Shown: positions 8,887 to 18,768, counted from the first letter of the stretch. The stretch: DNA of 63,231 nucleotides from an uncultured Bacilli bacterium (GCA_944358865.1 CALVRV010000005.1:1-63231), one strand, 5' to 3'. A program made the numbers and translations. The notes: generated by a model from the sequence alone, not told the origin.

Positions 8887-9252
8887 TGGTGGAGTAGGTG
8901 GAAATCGAATCCACGTCCAAGAACAAGCCCTCAAAGACATCTACAGCTTAGATGAATTTGAATATTTAATGTCTAAATTGTAATATCATCTAACATTAGA
9001 CACGAGACGTAAGATTTTCGACGCTATTATCCGTCATAACAACGCTTATCTTCTTTATATGACGCCATTTAGATGATAAGAAGCGAAATCATCTAAAGAC
9101 GATGCTCTTATTCGAGCCTAATAACTAAATAGTAAGATTAGGCGAGAGCATAACTGACTCTTTGATTGCCAGTTATTATTTTTTTGGTGTTTACGGCACC
9201 ACCCGACTGCATTCTTTGTCAGCCGTGTCCCTGTCGAAACCTGGACTACCCC
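8887..9252 (-). ncRNA. ssrA: tmRNA (SsrA), predicted tag peptide GNQRVSYALA
   Basis: The minus strand starts GGGGTAGTCCAGGTTTCGACAGGG. It ends GGACGTGGATTCGATTTCCACCTACTCCACCA, which gives the T-arm, acceptor stem and CCA. The internal reading frame GGC AAT CAA AGA GTC AGT TAT GCT CTC GCC TAA lies at 9138-9170. Confidence 0.9.
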
Positions 9253-9262
9253 ATATGAAATG

Positions 9263-9290
9263 ATTATAGCATAAATATTATTAGTGTGAA
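9263..9290 (-). promoter_or_regulatory. candidate ssrA promoter
   Basis: Minus strand reads TTCACA-16 nt-TGcTATAAT, about 10 nt upstream of the tmRNA 5' GGGG. Confidence 0.4.
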
Positions 9291-9318
9291 CAAATAAAAA
9301 ATAATTAACATTATTTTC

Positions 9319-9346
9319 TTGTTATGTTTTAAGATAAGAGTATAAT
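9319..9346 (+). promoter_or_regulatory. candidate promoter of the antiporter gene
   Basis: TTGTTA-16 nt-TATAAT. The predicted TSS near 9353 argues against the ATG at 9354 as the start codon. Confidence 0.4.
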
Positions 9347-9368
9347 CTAGCAAATGGAGAACGAAATT

Positions 9369-10703
9369 ATGTCAAATTTTATAAATATTCTTGCTGAAGA
9401 AACTACAAGTGGAAAACCATTTGAAATATTATTACCTCTAGCGTTAATTATTATAGTTGCTAAAATTTTATCTTTAATTTGTCGCAAAATTGGAATTCCT
9501 GCTGTTGTTGGATATTTATTAAGTGGTGTGATTTTAGGATTATTTACTTTTATTCCTGATCAAATATTATTTACTGATTTTACCATGGAAGGGATTAACG
9601 ATCTTGCTAAGATTGGTGTTGTTTTAATTATGTTTGGTGCTGGTATGGGCACTGATTTAAAGAAAATTAAAGAAACAGGAGTGTCTTCAATTGTTGTTAC
9701 AAGTTTAGGTGTCATTTTTCCATTATGTTTTGGTGCGGGACTTGCTTTTGCTTGTTTTGGTTATGAAAATACTCAAGATATTTGGACTAATATCTTTTAT
9801 GGAATATTATTAACAGCAACTTCAATATCAATTACTGTTACAGTTTTAAAAGAATTAGGTAAATTAAATACTAAAGTTGGTGCTTGTATTGAAAGTGCAG
9901 CAATATTAGATGATATTATCGGCATTGTCTTATTAAGTATTGTTCTATCATTAAGTGGCACAAGTTCTACAGATGGAAATATTACAAGTAATCTTCCTTT
10001 TGGCATTACCACTAATAACTCTGGATTAGATATTTTCTTATTAATCGTCTTTGTTATTGCCTTTTTTGCTTTATGTATTGCTTTATGGTGGCCAGTTAGA
10101 AAATTATTTAAATGGTTAAATGATAAATGGCCAATGCATAGAAGAATTCCAATATTTGGTTTTGGTCTTGCTTTTTTACTTGCATATGTAGCTGAAAAAT
10201 GTTTTGGAGTAGCAGATATTACTGGTGCTTTTATGGCTGGATTAATGCTATCAGGTTTAAAATCACAAGATTATCTAGATCATAAATTAGAAAGTGAAAC
10301 AGGTATTATTTTTGCTCCAGTTTTCTTTGCTAGCATTGGTTTAATGCTATTTACAGAAGAAATGAATTTTACTGACCCGATGATTATTTTATTTGGATTC
10401 TTATTTATAATTTTTGGACTTTTAGGAAAATTAATCGGTGCAGGTTTTGGAGGCATACTAACTAGATTTAAATTTAGACAATCACTGATCATTGGTGTGG
10501 GTATGATGGCTCGCGCTGAAGTAATTATAGTTACTGCACAAAAAGGAATTGATGCTGGAATTATATCTATTGAAATTATGCCATTTATTATTTTATTAAT
10601 TGTTATTTCATCTCTAATTACTCCGATTTTATTAAAACTTTTATATCGAAATTACAATGATCCAGAAGAAATATCGACAATAAATAGGCAAGAAGAAAAA
10701 TAA
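9369..10703 (+). CDS. cation:proton antiporter (CPA2-type Na+/K+-H+ exchanger)
   Basis: About 12 TM helices and a typical CPA N-terminal region (LLPLALIIIVAKILSLICRKIGIPAVVGYLLSGVILG). I prefer the ATG at 9369 because it has a GGAGA RBS. The ORF-track start is 9354. Confidence 0.8.
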   Translation: MSNFINILAEETTSGKPFEILLPLALIIIVAKILSLICRKIGIPAVVGYLLSGVILGLFTFIPDQILFTDFTMEGINDLAKIGVVLIMFGAGMGTDLKKIKETGVSSIVVTSLGVIFPLCFGAGLAFACFGYENTQDIWTNIFYGILLTATSISITVTVLKELGKLNTKVGACIESAAILDDIIGIVLLSIVLSLSGTSSTDGNITSNLPFGITTNNSGLDIFLLIVFVIAFFALCIALWWPVRKLFKWLNDKWPMHRRIPIFGFGLAFLLAYVAEKCFGVADITGAFMAGLMLSGLKSQDYLDHKLESETGIIFAPVFFASIGLMLFTEEMNFTDPMIILFGFLFIIFGLLGKLIGAGFGGILTRFKFRQSLIIGVGMMARAEVIIVTAQKGIDAGIISIEIMPFIILLIVISSLITPILLKLLYRNYNDPEEISTINRQEEK

Positions 10704-10749
10704 AACTATTTGATAAATAGTTATATTTAAAGTAAAATATCAAATTGCT

Positions 10750-11877
10750 ATGAAAAAGAAAAAGAATAAACAAACATTTCAAAAATTTAAACAACATACA
10801 CTGACAATACTTAAATCACTATTTTCTAACCAAACAGCGATTGATGGAGCAAGACACTATCCATGGTGGGTAGCGTTAATATTTTTTGTTTTATCAATAT
10901 GTCTTCCTACCATACCAGTTATTACAAGTAACTATAATGTCAGCGGTTCTGCCTTTATGGAAGGACAAACAAAAGGTTTTGATACTTATATCGCTGCGTT
11001 AGTGACTGATATGAAACAAAATGGTGTTGATTTAAAAGTAGAAGCTAGTGATGTCACCGGTCAACATCAACTTATTGATGTAAATGATTCTTGGAAAAAT
11101 TATTACAATAATTATTCACAAGACCGTCAATACGTCTATAAAAACACTAATTCTAATCAAATTGATTTTGTTGCCTATTATACACGTTTAAGTGGCAATG
11201 ATTTTGCTGAATTTAATAGTGATATTGCTTCTAGACAATATCGAGTTGGCACTGATCAACTCTATGTTGTTGGTGATGATACTTCAACAAGTGAAGGTGA
11301 AACAATAGAAATTTACACTCCAAGTTATATTTTATTTGGCTTAGATAATTACGTTGTTCAAATATTTAATCCAAATAGTATCACCGCTTTTTCTAATACT
11401 TCAGGTGATTACGCTCATATTGATGTTGGTACATCAATTGCAAGTTTTGCTCCTGATATAACTATACCTGAAGTAGAAGGTTTTATTGCTCCTTCTACGA
11501 ATGACTTATTAGCTGATGAAGAATATGTTTCTACTATTAATGGAAACTTTAGAAATTTCTTCTACCAAGGTTATATTACTAATCGTAATAATTCAACATT
11601 ATATTCAACACTTTTAACTCTAGGCATTTATATTGTTTTAGCCTTCTTTATGGGATTAATGATTTTCTTATTAACTAGAGGCAAAAAGAATATTATGCAT
11701 ATATTATCCTTCTATGTATGTCAAAAAATTAATGCTTGGTCAATGCTTTGCCCTGCAATATTAGGAATGATTCTTGGCTTTATTTTCCCTCAATTTGCAA
11801 TGGTTGGTTTTATATTGTTCCTTGGCGTAAGAATTATGTTTATGTCATTTAGACAATTAAGACCAGTAATGCGTTAA
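10750..11877 (+). CDS. membrane protein with a large extracytoplasmic domain, unknown function
   Basis: 375 aa with an N-terminal TM helix, a soluble region of about 230 aa, and 3 C-terminal TM helices. Confidence 0.55.
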   Translation: MKKKKNKQTFQKFKQHTLTILKSLFSNQTAIDGARHYPWWVALIFFVLSICLPTIPVITSNYNVSGSAFMEGQTKGFDTYIAALVTDMKQNGVDLKVEASDVTGQHQLIDVNDSWKNYYNNYSQDRQYVYKNTNSNQIDFVAYYTRLSGNDFAEFNSDIASRQYRVGTDQLYVVGDDTSTSEGETIEIYTPSYILFGLDNYVVQIFNPNSITAFSNTSGDYAHIDVGTSIASFAPDITIPEVEGFIAPSTNDLLADEEYVSTINGNFRNFFYQGYITNRNNSTLYSTLLTLGIYIVLAFFMGLMIFLLTRGKKNIMHILSFYVCQKINAWSMLCPAILGMILGFIFPQFAMVGFILFLGVRIMFMSFRQLRPVMR

Positions 11878-11900
11878 TAAATATATAAAAATGCAATTTA

Positions 11901-11928
11901 AAAGCGCGAGAACTCTCTCGTGCTTTTT
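11901..11928. terminator. bidirectional rho-independent terminator
   Basis: AGCGCGAGA-actc-TCTCGTGCT, 9 bp with one G-U pair, flanked by A- and T-runs. It lies between convergent genes. Confidence 0.65.
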
Positions 11929-11981
11929 ATAATATAAATCATAAGATTTATTGTGTTTAATTAAAATTTAAAAACAATTAT

Positions 11982-12323
11982 TTAATCGCCATAATCTGAT
12001 CCACGTGATTTATCTTCAACATAGATATTTAATGGATTAGTAATATCTTCTAGTTCTAAAAAGATATAACTATCATCAACTTCTGTTTGAGGGAATTCAA
12101 AATTGCCCACGAACACGACATGGTGATTTTTCTTTACAATTTCTTCCATCTTTTTTAATATGATTTCTTTTTTATCAGGATGGTGTGTTAGCATTGATTC
12201 TAATTTGCTATAAAATATTGGCTCAACATAAAATTTGTTGTTTTCATCATAAGCAAAAAAAGAGCAAAACGGATTATTATTATCTACAAGTTTAGTTAAA
12301 TTGTCCCAATAAATCATTTTCAT
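11982..12323 (-). CDS. hypothetical cytoplasmic protein, coupled to rlmH
   Basis: 113 aa. ATGA start/stop overlap with rlmH at 12320-12323. I recognise no motif. Confidence 0.55.
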   Translation of the reverse strand: MKMIYWDNLTKLVDNNNPFCSFFAYDENNKFYVEPIFYSKLESMLTHHPDKKEIILKKMEEIVKKNHHVVFVGNFEFPQTEVDDSYIFLELEDITNPLNIYVEDKSRGSDYGD

Positions 12324-12802
12324 TTATGATAAGTTTCTCCTTTATTAATTTTAAAAGCGCGATATATTTGTTCTAATAAAATAAGTCTTGTCATTTGATG
12401 TGTGAAAGTCATTTTTGATAAAGTGATTGAAGTATTTGCTTTTTGTTTAACACTGTTACTTAAGCCATAACTTCCACCAATAATAAAATATATATTATTA
12501 GAATAAATATCTATAGTTTTTTGCAAAAACCCTGCAAATTCCTCACTTGTTAATTGTTTTTGATTTAAATCTAGATTTATTATATAGCTTTTACTAGGTA
12601 TTCTTTTTAATATATTTTCACCCTCTAAATCTTTAAGTTTTTCTATTAGGGCTAAGGAAGGTTTATTATCATTATTAGATATATCTTCAACTTCAATAAT
12701 ATTAATTTTTGTATAAGAAGATAGACGCTTAATGTATTCATCTATTATATTTTTTAAATTAGTATCTTTTATTTTGCCAACAGCAATAATATTAATTGTC
12801 AT
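12320..12802 (-). CDS. rlmH: 23S rRNA (pseudouridine1915-N3)-methyltransferase RlmH
   Basis: SPOUT-type sequence (MTINIIAVGKIKD...FIIGGSYGLS...LSKMTFTHQMTRLILLEQIYRAF). Start moved to the ATG at 12802, which has an AGGTGG RBS. The ORF-track 5' extension would overlap the upstream gene by 119 nt. Confidence 0.9.
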   Translation of the reverse strand: MTINIIAVGKIKDTNLKNIIDEYIKRLSSYTKINIIEVEDISNNDNKPSLALIEKLKDLEGENILKRIPSKSYIINLDLNQKQLTSEEFAGFLQKTIDIYSNNIYFIIGGSYGLSNSVKQKANTSITLSKMTFTHQMTRLILLEQIYRAFKINKGETYHK

Positions 12803-13547
12803 AGTGGCCACCTGAGACACATTCATATTGTTTAGCAATAATGATTTTATAATCATCAATATTTTTATGACGATAAGAGAAAACTTTTCTATATGCTTGA
12901 AAAGCTTCATCTGTAGAATTACATTCTTCAGATATGTGCGCTAAAACGATTTCTTTAGTGTGTTTTCCTAACATATCACAAGCATAAAAAGCACTATCTT
13001 CATTATTTAAATGACCTAATTGCCCTCTGATTCTTCTTTTTAATATTTCTGGTCTTGTTGAATTCATAAGCATTGATAAATCATGGTTTGATTCTAAAAT
13101 TAAATATGTAGGGTCTTTACAAAGCTTTATTGTTTTTTCATCAATAAATCCAGTATCAGTAATATAAACTAATTTTTGATCATTAATTAAATCATAAATT
13201 ATATAACCACAAGAATCTTTTGCGTCATGATAAGTCTTAACTGGAGTTATTTCAAAAGTATTTATATAAAAAGTCTCATATAAATTAACACTATTATGTA
13301 TTGTTGGGATAGTGTTTTCTAATGCATAAGTCTTAAGATTTTTTAAAAAACGAATACCAGAAATATGATCGCTATGATCATGGGTAAATAAGCAAGCATC
13401 AATATCTTCTAAAGTTTTATCAATAGATTTTAGACCATTTTTTAATGTTGTTAGGCTTACTCCCATATCAATGAGAATTAAAGTATTATTATTATATATT
13501 AGTGTTGCATTACCTTTAGAACCAGAAGCAAGTATTTTAAAAAACAT
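12792..13547 (-). CDS. MBL-fold metallo-hydrolase (YycJ/WalJ-like)
   Basis: HDHSDH motif. Conserved position between dnaB and rlmH. Confidence 0.85.
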   Translation of the reverse strand: MFFKILASGSKGNATLIYNNNTLILIDMGVSLTTLKNGLKSIDKTLEDIDACLFTHDHSDHISGIRFLKNLKTYALENTIPTIHNSVNLYETFYINTFEITPVKTYHDAKDSCGYIIYDLINDQKLVYITDTGFIDEKTIKLCKDPTYLILESNHDLSMLMNSTRPEILKRRIRGQLGHLNNEDSAFYACDMLGKHTKEIVLAHISEECNSTDEAFQAYRKVFSYRHKNIDDYKIIIAKQYECVSGGHYDN

Positions 13548-13549
13548 GA

Positions 13550-15037
13550 TTAATCACCATCATCCGTTCTAATTTTATTCATTTCTTCAACCCAATTTTC
13601 ACTTGGTGGGTCAAAACGACCATATTCTTTAAAGAAAAATAAATCTACTTTTCCAGTCGAACCATTTCTATTTTTTGCAACATTTACTTCAACATAACTT
13701 GCACTTCCTGGAATAGCGTCTCCTAGTCTTTCTTTAGCTAATTCAAATTTATCTGATGTTGTTAATTGACCACCTTTTTTATTAGCAGCATTATTCTTTT
13801 TTTGATCTTTATAATAATCTGGACGATACAAAAGCATGACAACATCAGCGTCTTGTTCAATATCGCCTGAATCTCTTAAATCAGAAAGCATTGGTCTTTT
13901 AACATCTCTTTTTTCTGGACCACGTGATAATTGTGAAACAACAACAACTGGCACTTTTAAATCTTTAGCTAATCCTTTTATGGCCCCAGATATTTTTCTA
14001 ATTTCTTCAACACGATTATCACTAGAAGATTTTCCTACTCCATATTGAACTAAACCTAAATAGTCGATGACAATTAATCCTAAATCTGGATGTGCAGCTT
14101 GTAATTTACGTGCCTTAGCAATTAAGTCTATAACTTTAATTCCTGGTGTTTCATCAATAAAGATTGGAACATCTCTTAATTCTTTAATAGCGTGTGATAC
14201 TTTTGCTCTATCTCCACCTGAAAAATGACCTGTATTAATCGATTTTAAGTTTACACAGCTAACCATAGCAATTAATCTTTTTACTAATGAATCAGTTGAC
14301 ATTTCTAATGAAAATAAGGCAACAGGAACTTTAGAAACACTTGCAACATTATAGGCAAAATTTAAAGATAAAGCAGTCTTACCAACACTAGGACGTGCGG
14401 CAACAATTGTAACTTCTCCTTTTTGAAATCCTTGTGTCAAAGCATCAATTTGTGTATAACCACTTGAAAGCCCCACTACATCACTAGCAGGTAATTCTTT
14501 TTGATTATTTAGTTGTGTTTCAATAACTTTTGTTGCTTCATTTAAATCAGTAAAAGAAGAAATATGTCTTCTTGCGATTGATTCTTTAAATAAGGTTTCG
14601 CTTTCTAAAATAAAATCATTAACATTTTCAATGCCACCAGTTTTAAATTTATTATCAATATCGCGTATTGTTGAAAGCATTTTTCTTAAAACACTTTGAT
14701 CAACAACAATATCAATATAAAATTGTAGGTTAGCAAAACTAACAACTGTTTCACACAATTCTTGTAAATACTCAATAGAACCAACTGATTCTAATTGCTT
14801 CATATTTTCAAGCTCGCTTGACACTGTTAAGACATCAACAGCCATTTTTCTTTCCATTAGATTAATGATCGCATTAAAAATATATTTATGTTTGTATGTG
14901 TAAAAGTCTTCTTCTTGTAAAGAAGATGTAACATTATATAATGCATCTTCTTTTTGCATTGCCGCGCCTAAAACGACTTTTTCAGCATCATCATTATGAG
15001 GAAGTTCACCTTTTAAATAATTTTTATTTTTCGCCAT
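13550..15037 (-). CDS. dnaB: replicative DNA helicase DnaB
   Basis: Walker A ARPSVGKTA, plus IDYLGL and SQLSR motifs. Lies downstream of rplI. Confidence 0.95.
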   Translation of the reverse strand: MAKNKNYLKGELPHNDDAEKVVLGAAMQKEDALYNVTSSLQEEDFYTYKHKYIFNAIINLMERKMAVDVLTVSSELENMKQLESVGSIEYLQELCETVVSFANLQFYIDIVVDQSVLRKMLSTIRDIDNKFKTGGIENVNDFILESETLFKESIARRHISSFTDLNEATKVIETQLNNQKELPASDVVGLSSGYTQIDALTQGFQKGEVTIVAARPSVGKTALSLNFAYNVASVSKVPVALFSLEMSTDSLVKRLIAMVSCVNLKSINTGHFSGGDRAKVSHAIKELRDVPIFIDETPGIKVIDLIAKARKLQAAHPDLGLIVIDYLGLVQYGVGKSSSDNRVEEIRKISGAIKGLAKDLKVPVVVVSQLSRGPEKRDVKRPMLSDLRDSGDIEQDADVVMLLYRPDYYKDQKKNNAANKKGGQLTTSDKFELAKERLGDAIPGSASYVEVNVAKNRNGSTGKVDLFFFKEYGRFDPPSENWVEEMNKIRTDDGD

Positions 15038-15039
15038 AA

Positions 15040-15489
15040 TTATTGTTCCTCTGAAACATGGACACGAATATCAGCAATAACACCTTTATATAATTCATTT
15101 TGTAAAATAACCATTCCTAATGAATCAATAGGTGTCTTATTTATAAATTTTCTTTTATCAATTTCAATATCATATTTATCCTTTAGTTGTTCTTGAACTT
15201 GTTTTAATGATATTGTGCCAAACATTTTACCATCTTTTCCTGTTTTGGCTTTAAATTCTAAAGTGATATTTTTTAATTCTTCTTTTAATTTTTTAGCATT
15301 TTCTCTATTTTGATTATCTTTATCAATTCGATCTTGTTCTTGTTGTTTTAATATTTCTATAGATTTATCAGAGTACGCGACAGCAAGTTTTTTAGCAAAC
15401 AAATAATTATTAGCGTATCCAATTGATACTTCAACAATTTGATCTTTTTTTCCGACTTTATTAACATCTTTTAATAATATAACTTTCAT
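15040..15489 (-). CDS. rplI: 50S ribosomal protein L9
   Basis: MKVILLKDVNKVGKKDQIVEVSIGYANNYL. Confidence 0.95.
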   Translation of the reverse strand: MKVILLKDVNKVGKKDQIVEVSIGYANNYLFAKKLAVAYSDKSIEILKQQEQDRIDKDNQNRENAKKLKEELKNITLEFKAKTGKDGKMFGTISLKQVQEQLKDKYDIEIDKRKFINKTPIDSLGMVILQNELYKGVIADIRVHVSEEQ

Positions 15490-15492
15490 AAC

Positions 15493-17529
15493 TTATTCTC
15501 CTTTATCATCTTCAATTGGAATATCGTTTCTTGCTAGTGTTAAGAAATTAGATAAAACATTTTTTAAAGTTTCTTCAACGCTAGCAAAATCTTGGGTTGA
15601 AAATTTAACAGCAGCAACCGTAAAATGTCCACCACCGCCCATTTTTTCCGCTAGTAATTGAGTATTAATAGTGCCATCGCTACGACATGACATTTTAATA
15701 TCTTTATTATTAATTCTTCCAAAAACAAATGATGCATTAATTGATTTAACTTGTAACAATGCATTAGCAGCTTTTGCTAATGTTGCATCATCAAATATTT
15801 GATCAGGATTTGCAATAGCGTATACAACTCCAGGATATGGTGTAGAAATATTAGAAATAATTTTATTAACCATCATATGTTCTTCATAATCATCTTTTAA
15901 TAAATCATCTGCTTTAGCATTATCTGCACCAAATTCTTTTAAAAATGTACAAGCTTCAAAAGTACGAATTCCTACATTTTTGCTTCTAAAATATCCAGAA
16001 TCTAAAAATATACCAGATAACATAATAGTGGCATACATTGGAGGAATCTCAATATGAGGATTAATAGAAGCAAAATGGATAAATTCTGCAATTAATTCAC
16101 TCGCGCTGCTGGCACTTGGATCAATATGATTAAAGACAGGTGCTTCAATAATATCTTCTGTTCTTCTATGATGGTCAATGACCACTATTTTAGTTGCTTT
16201 ATCTAATAGTTCAGGTGCCATAACACGAGTAGGTTGATGGACATCCACTACAACAACTAAAGTATTGTGATTAATTTTACTTTCTGCTTCTTTTGGACTA
16301 ATCATTATTTTTTCTAATTCATCACGAGAAAAGCAAGATGTAATAGCAGCACGTGTTTTATATTCGGTCTTTTTTAAATCAAAAACGACACGTGATTGTT
16401 TTTCAAAACGATCACAAATACTTTTAATGCCAAGACAAGCACCTAAAGCATCCATATCAGCGGTCACATGTCCCATAATTAATACATTGCTAGAGGCATT
16501 AATTAATGATATTAAAGAATCCGCTAAAACACGAACTTTAACACGATTTCTTTTTTCTTGCGCTTCGGTTTTGCCTCCAAAAAATTCCATATCCGAACCA
16601 TATTTAGAAATTGCAACCTGGTCGCCGCCTCTTGACATAGCAATAGATAAAGCTTCCTCTGCTAAATCCGCTAATTTGACAACATCAGGAAAATCATGAG
16701 CAATACCAATAGATAAAGTTAATGGTATATCTTCTCCTTTTCCTTCTTCTCTTACTTTATCAACTAAAGAAAATTTATCTTTTTTCATTTTTTCTAAAGT
16801 AACGTAGTTAGTTAAAATAAAATAAGTATCATTACGATAACGTCTTAATAATATTCCCATATCTTTAGCGTATTGGAAAATAACGTTTTTTACTTTAGAT
16901 ATCGTATCATTAAAATCTTCTTCAGTACCGACTACATCAGAATAATTATCAATAGTTAATAAGCCCACAACAGGTGCTTGTTCTTTAGAATATTGAAACA
17001 TTTCTTCATAATCAGTATTGTCTTTAAAAATAAATAATCCTGCTTCACCAAGATATTTAACTTCGTATTGTCTATTACCATCTTTAATTTTTATTGTCTG
17101 TTTTTCATCTTGAACATCATATAACATTCTTAATTCTGGATGCCATTCATAAATATTAGAATCAATAATATTTATATTTCTATCTTTAAATAAATCATTT
17201 GTCCAAATAACAATATTATCATCATTAACAACCGCTAAACCAATCATCGCAAAGTTATATGCAGCCTGAATATCGCTACCTAAAACTTCTGCAGCTTTTA
17301 AATCTGATTGTTGCCTAATTTTTTCAACCTTAATAATTGCAAACCAAACAAATAAACTATCTACAAACACAAAAAGTAACGCTCCAAAAATAACAAAAAT
17401 AGAATCCATTACTTCTTGCATGTTAAAAAGGTTTGCAAAATAAAATATACAAAAAACAATTATGAATACTAATTGTATTAGGATGATAATAAAGGCGGCT
17501 GTTCTTAAACGTTGTAAATATTTTTCCAT
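15493..17529 (-). CDS. gdpP: GdpP-like DHH/DHHA1 phosphoesterase (cyclic-di-AMP phosphodiesterase)
   Basis: Two N-terminal TM helices, a degenerate GGDEF-like region, DHH (VVIDHHRR) and GGGH motifs. Conserved gdpP-rplI-dnaB order. Confidence 0.85.
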   Translation of the reverse strand: MEKYLQRLRTAAFIIILIQLVFIIVFCIFYFANLFNMQEVMDSIFVIFGALLFVFVDSLFVWFAIIKVEKIRQQSDLKAAEVLGSDIQAAYNFAMIGLAVVNDDNIVIWTNDLFKDRNINIIDSNIYEWHPELRMLYDVQDEKQTIKIKDGNRQYEVKYLGEAGLFIFKDNTDYEEMFQYSKEQAPVVGLLTIDNYSDVVGTEEDFNDTISKVKNVIFQYAKDMGILLRRYRNDTYFILTNYVTLEKMKKDKFSLVDKVREEGKGEDIPLTLSIGIAHDFPDVVKLADLAEEALSIAMSRGGDQVAISKYGSDMEFFGGKTEAQEKRNRVKVRVLADSLISLINASSNVLIMGHVTADMDALGACLGIKSICDRFEKQSRVVFDLKKTEYKTRAAITSCFSRDELEKIMISPKEAESKINHNTLVVVVDVHQPTRVMAPELLDKATKIVVIDHHRRTEDIIEAPVFNHIDPSASSASELIAEFIHFASINPHIEIPPMYATIMLSGIFLDSGYFRSKNVGIRTFEACTFLKEFGADNAKADDLLKDDYEEHMMVNKIISNISTPYPGVVYAIANPDQIFDDATLAKAANALLQVKSINASFVFGRINNKDIKMSCRSDGTINTQLLAEKMGGGGHFTVAAVKFSTQDFASVEETLKNVLSNFLTLARNDIPIEDDKGE

Positions 17530-17730
17530 AGAGATACCTGCTTAATATTATAAAATAAATGATAAGTATATAAAATACTTATTTTTGATTTTAAAAGTTA
17601 TTAAAAATTAAACCCATTTTAGTTACTTTACAAATAAAAAATTATTTTATTATATTTAAAGCAAGAAGAAAAAAATATAAAATAACCTAATTTTTACAGC
17701 TTTTTTATATTAATTTGCATAAATTATGCA

Positions 17731-17760
17731 AAATAAAAAGTAGCCTTTTATTAGCTACTT
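17731..17760 (-). terminator. rho-independent terminator after rpsR
   Basis: Minus strand reads AAGTAGC-taataaaag-GCTACTT followed by TTTATTTT. Confidence 0.5.
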
Positions 17761-17775
17761 ATTTATAAATTTTAT

Positions 17776-18003
17776 TTAGTCTGCTACGTATGGTAATAAA
17801 GCCATATAACGTGCATTTTTAATTGCTCTAGCTAATTCTCTTTGATGACGAGCGCATGTTCCTGTTGAACGTCTAGAAGCAATTTTGCCGTTAGAAGAGA
17901 TAAACATTTTTAACATTTCGACATCTTTATAATCAATATGTTTAATGTTATTCTTTTTAAAATAACAAAATTTTTTATGTGGTCTAACTTTTTTAAAAGC
18001 CAT
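17776..18003 (-). CDS. rpsR: 30S ribosomal protein S18
   Basis: [24 protein letters not shown]...[12 protein letters not shown]. Confidence 0.95.
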   Translation of the reverse strand: MAFKKVRPHKKFCYFKKNNIKHIDYKDVEMLKMFISSNGKIASRRSTGTCARHQRELARAIKNARYMALLPYVAD

Positions 18004-18018
18004 TTTTATATTTCCTTT

Positions 18019-18459
18019 CTAGAATGGTAAGTCTTCATCTGGAAAATCAATTGATTCCAAATTTTTTGAATCATCAACTGGTGATTCTTGTGATAAATTT
18101 AATGTATCATTGTTGTCAGAATTAACTCCAGTTTGGCTTGATTTAGGTTCTAAAAATTGAACGGAATCACATATTATTTCAAATGTGCTTCCTTTAGTGC
18201 CATCTTTTCTTGTAAATGTTCTTTGTGTTAAACGTCCATCAACACCAACAAGTGAACCTTTTCTAGCATATTTAGAAACATTTTCAGCGCTTTGATTAAA
18301 GACAGTGCAAGGTATAAATGATGCTGTTCTATTTCCTTCAGCATCTTTTTGCCAATTATCAACCGCTACTGTAAATGAAGCGACACTATTACCAGAGTTT
18401 GTTTTTCTAAGTTCTGGATCACGAGTTAAGCGACCCACGAGTACAACACGATTAAGCAT
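18019..18459 (-). CDS. ssb: single-stranded DNA-binding protein
   Basis: MLNRVVLVGRLTRDPELRKT OB fold and an acidic C-terminal tip DEDLPF. Confidence 0.95.
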   Translation of the reverse strand: MLNRVVLVGRLTRDPELRKTNSGNSVASFTVAVDNWQKDAEGNRTASFIPCTVFNQSAENVSKYARKGSLVGVDGRLTQRTFTRKDGTKGSTFEIICDSVQFLEPKSSQTGVNSDNNDTLNLSQESPVDDSKNLESIDFPDEDLPF

Positions 18460-18474
18460 ATTTTTTATTCTCCT

Positions 18475-18768
18475 TTAGTTATTTTCATCGACAAGAATGA
18501 TATGACGTAAGACATTACGATTAATCTTAACTAAACGATTGAATTCGCTGGTAGCTTTAGTATCAGCACTTACTTTTAAGACGACATAATAACCTTTAAC
18601 TTCATCCTTAATAGGATAAGCAAGGTCACGTAATCCCATTGATTCATCGACATTTTTAACTTCAGCACCATTATTAGTTAAAATAGCACTTAAAGCGTCG
18701 ATAGCTTCTTTTCTTGAAGCTTCATCAAGGTCTGCTCTTAAAATGTACATAATCTCATAGTTTTTCAT
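18475..18768 (-). CDS. rpsF: 30S ribosomal protein S6
   Basis: MKNYEIMYILRADLDE... Confidence 0.95.
   Translation of the reverse strand: MKNYEIMYILRADLDEASRKEAIDALSAILTNNGAEVKNVDESMGLRDLAYPIKDEVKGYYVVLKVSADTKATSEFNRLVKINRNVLRHIILVDENN

Noticed and set aside
12803-12910. The 36-codon N-terminal extension of the rlmH ORF (track start 12910), which overlaps the upstream MBL-hydrolase gene by 119 nt.
   Set aside because: RlmH family proteins begin at the MTINIIAVGK-type strand. The ATG at 12802 has an AGGTGG RBS. The extension is hydrophobic junk read from the other gene's alternative frame.
13550-15037. A possible intein in DnaB, because the protein is longer than usual.
   Set aside because: The extra sequence is only about 35-40 residues plus a tail. 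It lacks intein splice-junction blocks, having no Cys/Ser-...-His-Asn-Cys/Ser/Thr arrangement.
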